Assembly (NCBI GenBank): GCA_964347045.1
Contig: CAYFXC010000006.1
Span: forward strand, 40,047 to 100,414
From: an uncultured archaeon
GTDB taxonomy: Archaea > Asgardarchaeota > Hermodarchaeia > Hermodarchaeales > Hermodarchaeaceae
Reading direction: 5' to 3'
Length of the DNA: 60,368 nt
Below are positions 9,924 through 19,712 of the stretch, in pieces. A program made the position numbers and the translations under genes. Within the stretch, counting starts at the first letter, position 1. Each line of letters opens with the position of its first letter. Under the pieces are notes generated by a model. The model worked only from the letters and a program-made list of their open reading frames with translations, ran no database searches and was not told where the DNA came from.

Positions 9924-11194
9924 AATTCAGAAATATAATGAGTCTATCATACACGAATATGCGACGACGAAAAACGCGTACGGCCCTCACAACCTTGGGA
10001 ATCATAGTGGGCATTATGGCTGTTGTATCAATCTCGGCGCTCAGCGGTGGCTTTGAAACCCAAATCAATGCTCAACTGATGGAAGGTTTGGATATGGACA
10101 TCCTTACTGTTTTACCGGGTGGGGGAATTCTTGGAGGAGGAGGATTGACTACGTTTTACATTAAGGATTCGTACACCATTCAAAATATTACAGGTGTTGA
10201 GGCAACCCTACCTTTTTCTCAATCAGGTATTGCAGTCTATAATGAGACAGGGGGTACACTTGATACTCGACTAGTAGGTCTGAACATCACCGATTTAGAA
10301 GCTACATACGGTCATAGAATTACATTTTCGAGTGGAGATTATCCAGATCCAGGAGACAATGAAACGTGTATAATTGGTTATCTGCAAGACCCAGTAGCCA
10401 GTGCTGGAGACAATGTAACAATCGAAGTCTTAGTTAGAGGAGACCTGGGATTTGCATTCATAAACTACTCATTCATTGTAGGCGGCGTTCTCGATGAAAT
10501 TGGATCCTCAGGAATGCTTCCTTTCGATCGCTCGGTGTTCATACCATTAGATACCTACCAGAACATCTTCAATACCGAAAACATCGATAGCATCCTTGTC
10601 AGAATCTCAGACCCCAACCAAGCTGATACTATTGCAGACGAAATTAGTACTGCCTTTGAAGATCAGGTATATGTACTTGTACCAACTGCCATTATCGATA
10701 CAGTAGCAGGGGTGTTTAATATTATGGAAATATTCCTACTTGCGATTGCTTCAATCGCATTACTTGTAGCGGGTATATCCATTTTGAATATCATGCTCGT
10801 ATCGGTTATGGAGCGCACTCGTGAAATTGGCATCATGAAAGCATTAGGCGCAAAAGATCGAACAATTCTCAGTCAGTTCCTCTCCGAAGCAGTTCTTCTC
10901 GGAATCATTGGAGGAATTGTAGGGATTCTCGTTGGTTTCGTACTTGCCTACGGAATGGGTTTGATGCTTCCTGCATTGTTTAGCGGAGGATTTGCGGATA
11001 GTTTCGGTGGGGGGAACGGTGGCGGTTTTGCTGGATTCGGCGGAAGTAGCAACTTCACACTCACTCCAATATTACCGCTTGAGACCATACTCATTGCCAT
11101 TGGATTTGCCATCTTTGTTAGCGTCGTCTTTGCGCTATATCCTGCGCGAAAAGCAGCCAAGCTGGATCCTGTGAAAGCGCTTCGTTATGAGTAG
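9920..11194 (+). CDS. MacB/FtsX-type ABC permease
   Basis: [43 protein letters not shown]; ATGA overlap. Confidence 0.95.
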   Translation: MKFRNIMSLSYTNMRRRKTRTALTTLGIIVGIMAVVSISALSGGFETQINAQLMEGLDMDILTVLPGGGILGGGGLTTFYIKDSYTIQNITGVEATLPFSQSGIAVYNETGGTLDTRLVGLNITDLEATYGHRITFSSGDYPDPGDNETCIIGYLQDPVASAGDNVTIEVLVRGDLGFAFINYSFIVGGVLDEIGSSGMLPFDRSVFIPLDTYQNIFNTENIDSILVRISDPNQADTIADEISTAFEDQVYVLVPTAIIDTVAGVFNIMEIFLLAIASIALLVAGISILNIMLVSVMERTREIGIMKALGAKDRTILSQFLSEAVLLGIIGGIVGILVGFVLAYGMGLMLPALFSGGFADSFGGGNGGGFAGFGGSSNFTLTPILPLETILIAIGFAIFVSVVFALYPARKAAKLDPVKALRYE

Positions 11195-11222
11195 TGTTTC
11201 AATTCTTAATACCCATTTCGCG

Positions 11223-11264
11223 CGATGCTGAAAAAAACGCGTCAGCATCGGGTTTTTCTCTTTT
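11223..11264 (+). terminator. Stem-loop plus T-tract terminator
   Basis: CGATGCTGA-N10-TCAGCATCG followed by GGTTTTTCTCTTTT. Confidence 0.7.
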
Positions 11265-11363
11265 AACCGTAAACCCGTTCTAAGCCTTTTATTATAGACA
11301 CTTAATATAATATATAATAATTTAAATATAGAGGGATTACAAGAAATTGTAAGGTTCAGCTCC

Positions 11364-12044
11364 TTGACGTCAACAAGCAAACTCTCCACGCTAATCAGCG
11401 GTACACGTCGCAGGATTCTGGAGTATTTACTGAAATCCGATGTGAACGCCGTCACTCTTGCAGAACTACTTAACATTAACATTAGTGCCATACGAAGTCA
11501 TCTTGACGTCTTGGAAATTGCTGGGCTCGTCTCCTCACGTCACGAACATGCAAACCGAGGTCGACCCAAACGCATCTACTTTCTAACGGAGCTAGCGTAC
11601 AGTCTTTTTCCAAATCAAACAAATAAAGTCTTTTCAGCGCTAATACAAGCCATTATTCGATCTTTTGATATGAAAACGACCAACTCTCTCATTCGCCGAG
11701 TAATAGCACAATTATGGCAAGAAATACTCCCTGACAAACCTAGTGGAAGTCTACAAGATCAACTTGCCTTCATTGTCCAAGCACTGGATGATTTCGGATT
11801 CTATGCTTCGCTAGAATCAATAAAAGACCAATATGCAATTGTGATTCGTAACGACGTTTTCCTTTCTGCATTATCCACCCTCCCCAAGGCTCAGGCAGTT
11901 TATTTTCGAAAAGAATTCTGGAATCGGTTGAGCCGCATTGTAGAAGGAATACACATTCGATTAGCAGAACCCCCAGACCCAAATCAGCATGGTTTTCGTG
12001 TTCTAGTAAAGGAGAAAAAGGGAGTAAGGAATCATGTCAATTAG
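11364..12044 (+). CDS. Winged-helix (ArsR/SufR-like) transcriptional regulator
   Basis: TRRRIL..L, LA..L.I..SAIRSHL..LE..GLV, RGRP..Y.LT. Confidence 0.82.
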   Translation: MTSTSKLSTLISGTRRRILEYLLKSDVNAVTLAELLNINISAIRSHLDVLEIAGLVSSRHEHANRGRPKRIYFLTELAYSLFPNQTNKVFSALIQAIIRSFDMKTTNSLIRRVIAQLWQEILPDKPSGSLQDQLAFIVQALDDFGFYASLESIKDQYAIVIRNDVFLSALSTLPKAQAVYFRKEFWNRLSRIVEGIHIRLAEPPDPNQHGFRVLVKEKKGVRNHVN

Positions 12045-12402
12045 TAAAATTAAGAAAACCGTCGTGAAAGACGATAAAATTAGTGACCGCCTTCTCGAAA
12101 TCGGGAGGGATTATTTATCAGGTCAAACACTTGCCGCGTTGATGGAGCTGGCAAATGTTGGCCCAGTAAAGTTCTCGGATGCCTTCTATGTGCTTGATAA
12201 GCTGGGACCTTCCTTGAACCGTCGTGAGCAGCGCCTTCTTTTAGATCTGCTCACTGAAGTGGTAGTTCTCAGCCAATGTGACGTTGGAATGGATAAACAT
12301 GTACTACGTGATTATCTGAAGAAACGAATTCGCAACAGCGGGAACTTTGGTGAATTTATTTTTCAGATTATCCAACAAATCAATGGGCTCCACCACACCT
12401 GA
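12034..12402 (+). CDS. Hypothetical helical protein, coupled to upstream regulator
   Basis: 122-aa ORF overlapping the upstream stop by 11 nt, GGAG RBS. Confidence 0.65.
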   Translation: MSISKIKKTVVKDDKISDRLLEIGRDYLSGQTLAALMELANVGPVKFSDAFYVLDKLGPSLNRREQRLLLDLLTEVVVLSQCDVGMDKHVLRDYLKKRIRNSGNFGEFIFQIIQQINGLHHT

Positions 12403-12508
12403 TCTCACATCCCACTTTCAGCAATAAAAAAATCGGAAAAGAGCCGCGATATCATAAGGTTAAAGGCTCACTCAGCTGTGGAATATGCACGTAAAATGTG
12501 ATTTTACC

Positions 12509-13759
12509 ATGCGTTATGAAGAAATTAAAGCTAAGACTTTGTTGTCAAAGTTCAGATATGGAGATGCCTGGTTTCACAGCAATCGCTCTATGAACTCATA
12601 TCGAGGCTGTGAACATGGGTGTGTCTATTGTGACGGCAACTGTCAATATTATCGCATTGATAACTTTTACACTCATATTCGTATCAAAAAAAACGCCCCA
12701 TTAATTCTCCAGAAGGAATTAGAAAGAGCTAAGTTTCGGTCGCACAGCAAGATGGAATCCGATACTCTTGTCCGTTTTATAGATAACAAAGAGGCTTCAA
12801 AGTTATTGGATCAAGGACCGCGGAAAATCATTATTGGTATTTCTGGAGGGGTATCGGATGCCTACCAACAAGCAGAAGAAAAGTACCACATCACTCGACA
12901 AGTGCTGGAAACTCTTTATGATTTTCGATTACCTGTCTTTATATTAACGAAATCCAATCTTGTGCTAAGAGATCTTGATTTATTAAAGGAGATACATAAA
13001 CAAGCCTTTGTAAGCGTTTGTTTTAGCATCACGTTACATAATGAAGACACGAAACAAATTTTTGAACCAAAATCATCAGCCACCTGGGAAAGGTTCGATG
13101 CTTTAAAGCAAATCCGAAAAGCAGGATTATACGGTGGCGTTATGGCCTACCCAACTATCCCAACTATCGGTGATAATCTAGAAAATATGCGAGGACTAGC
13201 TACGGACGCAAAGCGAGCTGGCGCAGAATTCATTATGTTTGCTGGAATGACACTCAAACCAGGACGTCAAAAAGAATATTTTTTCAATGTGGTTCGCCAC
13301 CGAACCCCTGAAGTGTTTGATCGTTTGCAACAAATCTATGCGAATAATCATACCTATGGACATCCCATCCATGAACTTTTACCTGTAAATCCGCAAATTC
13401 AAGGTCGAAATGTGTGCAAAGAAATTGGAATATCTGATCGTTCCGTACGTCATGGAATCCCAAGTGAACCAAAAGCGAACATCCAAGTCATGAATAGACT
13501 TCTTGACCTCGTCTACATGCGCTCAATGATACTTGGAAAACCCAAGAGAACGTGGGAATCATTTCAAGAAGTCGCCATAAAAATTGAGAAAATCCAAGAT
13601 GACGTCACCGAACTCTCCCAACAGGGTCTTTTAGAAGAACACTTAGAAATCAGCTCTAAAATGGCTGGAGTGATAGAAGAAATTCTGAAACAGGATACAT
13701 TTGAAGCATTAACAAAAACCCAATTAGAAATCGATGCAATTGGAGAACAATTGACGTGA
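12509..13759 (+). CDS. Radical SAM protein, spore-photoproduct-lyase-like family, with C-terminal HhH (Pol X 8-kDa-like) region
   Basis: N.YRGCEHGCVYC, SDAYQQAE, LTKS.LV.RD.D.L, FEP. Confidence 0.88.
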   Translation: MRYEEIKAKTLLSKFRYGDAWFHSNRSMNSYRGCEHGCVYCDGNCQYYRIDNFYTHIRIKKNAPLILQKELERAKFRSHSKMESDTLVRFIDNKEASKLLDQGPRKIIIGISGGVSDAYQQAEEKYHITRQVLETLYDFRLPVFILTKSNLVLRDLDLLKEIHKQAFVSVCFSITLHNEDTKQIFEPKSSATWERFDALKQIRKAGLYGGVMAYPTIPTIGDNLENMRGLATDAKRAGAEFIMFAGMTLKPGRQKEYFFNVVRHRTPEVFDRLQQIYANNHTYGHPIHELLPVNPQIQGRNVCKEIGISDRSVRHGIPSEPKANIQVMNRLLDLVYMRSMILGKPKRTWESFQEVAIKIEKIQDDVTELSQQGLLEEHLEISSKMAGVIEEILKQDTFEALTKTQLEIDAIGEQLT

Positions 13760-14078
13760 ATCAAGGCTAATTGTACAATAGGGTTTTAACGAAAAAATAA
13801 TTGGAAACAATAAAAAGAGACAGCAAAAACAGATTCTTACGCAATAGAGAAATAAATTCCGATACACAACAGTATCGGAGCGGGTCGAGATATCAGAGGA
13901 TTGTTGGTACTGTGGGAATACAGTCGAACATGACAAACAAAATCGATGCTCAAAATGTCATACCCAACTATCACGATTTGACTTAAAACTTCGTATTATT
14001 GAAGAAGCAGATGAATCCTTAGAATTACCAGCACAAATAACTGAGCAACGGGACCCGATTAAGAAGAAAGAGGCAGAT

Positions 14079-14660
14079 ATGGCAACTCAATTTCATAAAT
14101 GGTTGAAAGAGAAGGAACTTCTACCTGGTGGCTATACAATTACTTCTCAAGATGCATTGGTAAGCGATTTATCACGTCGAGATTTTGGTTTGAAACTTCT
14201 TTTAGTTGCTGAAAAAGAATTGGACCTCATCCCCCTTTTACAACGATCAGGATTTGAACTTTGTAACACAGATTATCGAGCAACTCTCGGGTTCAATCTA
14301 TCATTTCGAGACTATGAGACCTCTGATTATCGAATTCGAGTCATGGCATGGAATGTTCTTCCGCCACACATATACTATTTTTTGTCTCATTATGGCGGAG
14401 CTCATGGAACTTTACTAATATTTGATATTTATAAGACGCAAAATTTAGATCGAATATCCTCCCTTCATGATTTAGTGAAAGACATCAATGGCGATATTCC
14501 AATTGCACTTGTGGGCCATAAACCCAATTTATCCGGAAAGCGAAAATTTACGCAAAAAGCTGCCCAGTATATCGCAGAACAGTTAGAGATTCCCTATCAT
14601 GAAACTCAGGACCCTAGGGGTCCCACTTTAGATCCTGTACTAATAGAGCTACTACCTTAA
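14079..14660 (+). CDS. Ras/Rab-fold small GTPase homolog with degenerate G motifs
   Basis: KLLLV..., YRATLG, AWNV, YGGAHG.LLIFDI, PIALVGHKPNL, IPYHET track the Rab pattern; P-loop absent. Confidence 0.75.
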   Translation: MATQFHKWLKEKELLPGGYTITSQDALVSDLSRRDFGLKLLLVAEKELDLIPLLQRSGFELCNTDYRATLGFNLSFRDYETSDYRIRVMAWNVLPPHIYYFLSHYGGAHGTLLIFDIYKTQNLDRISSLHDLVKDINGDIPIALVGHKPNLSGKRKFTQKAAQYIAEQLEIPYHETQDPRGPTLDPVLIELLP

Positions 14661-14694
14661 ATGGTCAATTTCGCACGTTATTAGCATCTCCTTC

Positions 14695-14726
14695 ACTTCA
14701 TTATGAAATGAAGTCGATTTTTATTT
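14695..14726 (+). terminator. Hairpin plus T-rich tract between convergent genes
   Basis: ACTTCATT-ATGA-AATGAAGT then CGATTTTTATTT. Confidence 0.5.
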
Positions 14727-14794
14727 GATAGCAGAATAGTGACTCGTCTACTAAGGCGTGGTTAAGAGGCTAACCTTTTCGGGAATTCCAATAG

Positions 14795-15604
14795 TTAGGT
14801 CATTGCTTGCTCTTTTAGAGACTTGGGCATTTTTTCAATAGCATATCGGAGTGCCCGCCGAGGCATCTTGTCCTTATTACTCATTACATATTCAAAGACC
14901 TGATCTTGAAAATATTTGGTAGCTTCCTTAAGCATCCAGCCATAGCCATTTTGAACATACTTCCGAGGATCTAATAACATGGTATTTGCAACATCAAAGA
15001 TATACTCAAGATGCGCTTCCCGACGTAGACCGTAAATTAACGAAACAGCAGCTGCACGGAGAATCCATGGATTCTCTGAGACCGCCCAACTCTTCACATG
15101 ATGAGTAAAATTGGGGAAAGTGAAAAAGAAGAACCCCATCGTATGGGTACAAAAGTCATCGACGCCACCCCACGTTGATAGGTAAAGTTTTGTCCATCCC
15201 TCAAATATGGAGAAATGTCGGGGTTCAAATTGTTTACGAATCCGAAATGACCAGTCGAAGGCAATGGTCCGATACTCCCAGCTCCACTGCTTCAATAAGG
15301 TATTACAAAACGTTAAGATTGTATCCACGTTTCGCAACCCTTCTGTTCGGAGCTCTTGAAAGAGTTTCCCGCTTACTTTCCGAACCATCGGCACATCGAG
15401 GGCTGCCACCCGTAATCGGCGATGATAACTTGGAGAAAGGGAAATGGGCACGAAGTAGTACAGGCCTTTATATCCTGTAGAAAAGTCTTCATACCAATCC
15501 ACCTTCTCAGCTTGCGCTATGACGTCAGGATATCGATGTGCTTCTCGACTGATTTCTAGTAGAGCATGTTTAATTTTGGTCACAATGCCATCCTCTGATA
15601 CCAT
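14795..15604 (-). CDS. DNA alkylation repair protein (AlkD-like HEAT-repeat glycosylase family)
   Basis: TWGGVDDF, SENPWILR, YVQNGYGWMLKE, RYAIEK; GGTGA RBS before ATG 15604. Confidence 0.88.
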   Translation of the reverse strand: MVSEDGIVTKIKHALLEISREAHRYPDVIAQAEKVDWYEDFSTGYKGLYYFVPISLSPSYHRRLRVAALDVPMVRKVSGKLFQELRTEGLRNVDTILTFCNTLLKQWSWEYRTIAFDWSFRIRKQFEPRHFSIFEGWTKLYLSTWGGVDDFCTHTMGFFFFTFPNFTHHVKSWAVSENPWILRAAAVSLIYGLRREAHLEYIFDVANTMLLDPRKYVQNGYGWMLKEATKYFQDQVFEYVMSNKDKMPRRALRYAIEKMPKSLKEQAMT

Positions 15605-15694
15605 TAAACGTTCACCACCTAGCCATATTCGATTCTGCTCTGTCAAGGACCAACATCCTTTATTTAAGATGAGGAGTAAGGAATTTGGGTTCAT

Positions 15695-16579
15695 ATGGGG
15701 CAAAGGGATTTGGAATATGCATATGAACGGTTCAAATTCGACCGAAAGATCATCAAACCCTATGACGATGAGATGGCGATGGTAAGCCGAATCCAGGGGT
15801 ATGAGGCACATTTCTTCCCTTGGTCAATATGGATATTTACTGCCTTAGGGAGCGCTAGCCTGTTCTTTAGTTGGGGAATCATGGTTTCAGCGAATCTCCT
15901 GATTTCGGGTTCCATATTTTCCTGGATAATCATTGATTTAGTTACAATGCTTTTCTTACTCCTGGCGATTATTCTTGGTGTGGGGTCCTTTTTCCTCCGA
16001 AGAAAGTACATGGTCGTTTCAATTGCGGGGATATCACTTCCACGAGTTTTGGGAAGTAATCACAATATTCCTTGGCCCTCAATCCGTCGAATCACCTTCG
16101 ACGTCAAAGGATTATTACAAGTAGACCTCATCATCGAACATGCTCAGCGGAAAACAAAAACGAATCTCAGCTACTATACGAATATCTATCTGGCTGGCGC
16201 TAAAAAAGAAATCCGATTGATCCGTGTTCTTCAAGCCTATCTTCGATTTCGGGTCTACCGTCAAGATGTCGAGCCCATACGACGGCAAATCAAGAGAGAC
16301 CAGACAATAACGCATGGGCTCCCTCAGATTGTCGCAGGCATTCTTGTTGGATTATGGTTCCTTGTAACGCGAGGCTTGATGTATCTCTTTGGATGGCTGC
16401 TTATCATCCCTGGCCTTGTAATGGGCCTACCTCTTTCGTATCTAACCTTTATCGTGGTGGGTATTTACCAAAAAAAGAGATGGAATAGTAGAGTTCGAAA
16501 TGTAATGGTCGCTTGCATCTTCGGAATTGTTGTGTGTTCTCTCACAATCATCATGATGATTGTGCCACTCCTTCCGTAG
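15695..16579 (+). CDS. Hypothetical multi-pass membrane protein
   Basis: 2 TM + soluble PH-like segment (IPWPSIRRI) + 3 TM. Confidence 0.65.
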   Translation: MGQRDLEYAYERFKFDRKIIKPYDDEMAMVSRIQGYEAHFFPWSIWIFTALGSASLFFSWGIMVSANLLISGSIFSWIIIDLVTMLFLLLAIILGVGSFFLRRKYMVVSIAGISLPRVLGSNHNIPWPSIRRITFDVKGLLQVDLIIEHAQRKTKTNLSYYTNIYLAGAKKEIRLIRVLQAYLRFRVYRQDVEPIRRQIKRDQTITHGLPQIVAGILVGLWFLVTRGLMYLFGWLLIIPGLVMGLPLSYLTFIVVGIYQKKRWNSRVRNVMVACIFGIVVCSLTIIMMIVPLLP

Positions 16580-16767
16580 CGGTGCAGCTGTCAAGCAAAC
16601 GCGTTCTTTGCACCATCTAACCATGCATTGAACTGTTTCAGAATTCTACCCTCAGCCGTGGACGTCATTCCAGTGACGAAGAATCCCAGAGCAGGAACAC
16701 CAAGGGCTATTGTCAAGGGGAGAGGAGATGTAGTGCATTTTTTCTTAATGGCAAACATTAATATAGA

Positions 16768-16811
16768 ACTATTCTATTACTAGAATAGTAGTATTCTATT
16801 ATTAGAATAGT
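16768..16811. promoter_or_regulatory. Two tandem 22-bp palindromic operators upstream of PadR
   Basis: ACTATTCTA-TTAC-TAGAATAGT (perfect) and AGTATTCTA-TTAT-TAGAATAGT, ending 8 nt before ATG. Confidence 0.8.
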
Positions 16812-16819
16812 GATAAAAT

Positions 16820-17380
16820 ATGACCAAAACCAACGAATTAACCCGATCCGAAGTTGCTATTCTCAGCCTCCTCAGCGAAGGTGAACAACACGGCTATGGA
16901 CTCAACGAAGCCATTCAACAACGCGGATTCCGTAACTGGACCAACATCGGCTTCTCCTCCATCTATTGGATCCTCAACAGAATGGAAAAAAGCAAACTTA
17001 TTACTAGTCGGAAAGATCCCTCTAAGAAAGGACCTGATCGCAAACTCTATCGCCTAACTAAAAAAGGTCGAACGGCCCTACTCGACTCTATTAGGACCTC
17101 GATCTCGATTCCCGAACATCAACGAACCCGTGTCGACTTGGGAGCCGCATACGTTGAGTTGTTGCCCCGCGATGAAGCAATACAGGGCTTTGAGACCTAT
17201 CGCAAAACGCTGCAGGAGCGTCTTGATGGCATCGCTGCAATACGTAAAGCGCAAGAACCGCTCCCCTTTGGCGCTGAAATCATTTTCGATCATGGAATCA
17301 TCAAGGGGAAAGCTGAGCTTGAGTGGGTGGATGGTGTACTAGAACGGTTGAAACATCAACAGGAGCCTGAACTAGAATGA
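16820..17380 (+). CDS. PadR family regulator with C-terminal helical domain
   Basis: HGYGL, FSSIY..L.RME, GP.RK.Y.LT.KG, AELEW. Confidence 0.92.
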   Translation: MTKTNELTRSEVAILSLLSEGEQHGYGLNEAIQQRGFRNWTNIGFSSIYWILNRMEKSKLITSRKDPSKKGPDRKLYRLTKKGRTALLDSIRTSISIPEHQRTRVDLGAAYVELLPRDEAIQGFETYRKTLQERLDGIAAIRKAQEPLPFGAEIIFDHGIIKGKAELEWVDGVLERLKHQQEPELE

Positions 17381-18528
17381 GTAACCGTTACATCATCAGT
17401 GACTTTAACATATTTGGTGGACTACACTGCGGAACTAGTGCGGTCCGAAAAATCTTTCTTTACAATGAGTTGCCCATCACCGAAGAGATGCTCTTTGACC
17501 TTGGAGGTGGAATTGGTTTCATTTACTGGTATGTCAAACAGATGCCCGCACCCATGGTTGGAGGACGTGGTGGAGGTCGCTATTTCATTGAAGACGCAGC
17601 TCGGCGAGCAGGAGTCACCCTCGAAGTGTTGCGAACAACAAGCAGTAAAAAGGGTCATGCTTGGCTAATGGAAAAGTTAGCACAAAATGAACCTGCGGTG
17701 ATATATGCGGATATGGCTTTCCTCCCCTACATGGGAGTAGGCGAAGATGCTCACTTTGGCCAACACGTCTTCGTCGTTTATGGCGTCGATGAGCAAGAGG
17801 ACGTGGTGTATATCTCGGACCGGGCTCTAAGAGAAATAACAGTAACAGTTGATGAATTGAAGAAGGCAAGAGCCTCAAAGTTTCCACCTTGGCCCCCACA
17901 GCATGCTATCTTTAATTTTCACCTCCCGAAGAAATTGGTCATAACCAAAGACATGGTAATAGAAGCAATGCAGCAAACCGTTGAAAGAATGCTGAACCCG
18001 TCGATCCGAAACATCGGATTGAAAGGAATCGAAAAATGGTCGAAGCTCATCGTCAAATGGCCAATCCTGTTTCCCGGCAAGAAGCTCTTGGATGCCCTCT
18101 ATCAAGGGTTCATCTACATCGAAACGGGAGGAACAGGAGGAAGTGCATTTCGACCCATGTTTGCCCGATACCTGCAAGAGATATCGGAACAATTCTCGAT
18201 GCCGGGATTAGATGCAGTGATTGCTAAGTATGAAGAGGCAGCACGTGTTTGGAGTGAGGTTGCTACTCTCTTGCTCCCCGATGAGTACCCGATGCTCAAG
18301 TGTGCCCGTGAACTCATAGTCGAACAAAATCGCATTAGCGAAGAACAGCCGCCTGGCGCAACCGGAAAACTACATGCAATGAATCAATAATTCGAATTAC
18401 AAATCGATGATATTCTAGCGGAGGTGGCAAAGGCACCGAAGTTTCTGCCCATCGTGCAACAATGGATAACCCAGCTCTATCGGGTGGAAAAAGAAGCGAT
18501 AGAACTACTCCAAATCGTGATTAACTAG
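17377..18528 (+). pseudogene. BtrH N-terminal / DUF4872 protein with in-frame TAA at 18388-18390
   Basis: HCGT, LGGGIGFIYW, DM.FLPY, FGQHVFVVYG, GTGG..FR..FARYL; after the TAA, 45 more in-frame codons end YRVEKEAIELL, matching the paralog C-terminus. Confidence 0.75.
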
Positions 18529-18540
18529 GAAGGATTTGAA

Positions 18541-19155
18541 ATGGAGAAAGTAGATCATAAGAAAATCTTAAAAGAATTTTATAAACCAGGTCGAAAACCG
18601 GTCATCGTTGATGTACCGGACATGCAGTATCTGATGATTGATGGGAAAGGCTATCCAGGGACCTCAGTAGAATATACGCAGGCAATGGAAGCCCTCTACC
18701 CTATGTCATACACATTGAAGTTTGCTCTGAAAAAAGTAAAGATTATCGATTATACGGTAATGCCGTTAGAGGGCCTCTGGTGGGCAAAGGATATGGAAGC
18801 ATTCGTCATCGATGCTCGAAAAAACGAATGGCGCTGGACCTCAATGATCATGCAGCCCCCTGAAGTGACCCAAGACCACTATCAGCAGGCAACCGAAGCA
18901 GTTCGGAAAAAGAACGCCCCCGTTGCACTCTCAAAAATGCGGTTGGAAACATATCACGAAGGTGTTTCTGTTCAAGTGATGCATATTGGCCCCTTCTCTG
19001 AAGAGGGCCTGGTTATCGAAGCTATGCATCAATATGCTTTTGACCAAGGCTATGAGCTTCGTGGAAAGCACCATGAAATCTATCTCAGTGATCCTCGTCG
19101 TACAGCACCAGAAAAGTTGCGAACAGTAATTCGCCAGCCAATCAAGAAGGTGTAG
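18541..19155 (+). CDS. GyrI-like small-molecule-binding protein (cyclopropanoid cyclopropyl hydrolase-like subfamily)
   Basis: MPLEGLWW, HIGPFSEE, HHEIYLSDPRRT.PEKLRT.IRQP. Confidence 0.9.
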   Translation: MEKVDHKKILKEFYKPGRKPVIVDVPDMQYLMIDGKGYPGTSVEYTQAMEALYPMSYTLKFALKKVKIIDYTVMPLEGLWWAKDMEAFVIDARKNEWRWTSMIMQPPEVTQDHYQQATEAVRKKNAPVALSKMRLETYHEGVSVQVMHIGPFSEEGLVIEAMHQYAFDQGYELRGKHHEIYLSDPRRTAPEKLRTVIRQPIKKV

Positions 19156-19361
19156 TCATCAGAGTCCTCGAACTTAAGTGAGTCATGAGTAAATACTCGA
19201 GTTTAAAAAAATCTGAACCAAAGACTTCAGAATTTTCAATATTTCATTCCACTCGCAGCATATTTCCTCATAACCCTGTTGCCAGAAGAATATATCCTAC
19301 AATTTACTGTACTTATCTTAGTTGTTTCCAATCATTAAGATTGAAGTTGTGGTCAAATAGA

Positions 19362-19577
19362 ATGGTAAAATGCTCCAATTGTGGTGAAGGAATCACTGGA
19401 AAAAGCTATACTCGATTGAAGTACAAATGGCTCCGGAAAATGATAGTACCCGTAAAATATTGTAAATACTGCTATTTGGAAACAAATGATGATGCCTATA
19501 GTATTCCACCAGGTTTGGTTATTGCATTCAGCATGGTTGCAATATATCTCGTTCTCCTCATAATCTTATTCAGCTAG
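19362..19577 (+). CDS. Small Zn-finger protein with C-terminal TM anchor
   Basis: CSNC...CKYC then hydrophobic helix; start MVKCSNC. Confidence 0.6.
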   Translation: MVKCSNCGEGITGKSYTRLKYKWLRKMIVPVKYCKYCYLETNDDAYSIPPGLVIAFSMVAIYLVLLIILFS

Positions 19578-19712
19578 CATTCAACTAGACAAGTACGCAT
19601 TAAACCTGAACCGTCCAGTTCGTAACTATGCCTTATAGTATAAATTTGAGGTAATTTTCTGAACTTATCGGGTGCCGTGCAATTATATTTGAAAAATAAT
19701 GTAACAAATCCT

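Noticed and set aside
16600-16740. Minus-strand fragment TIALGVPALGFF resembling the N-terminus of the 19713 hydrolase
   Set aside because: Too short and hydrophobic to distinguish from chance
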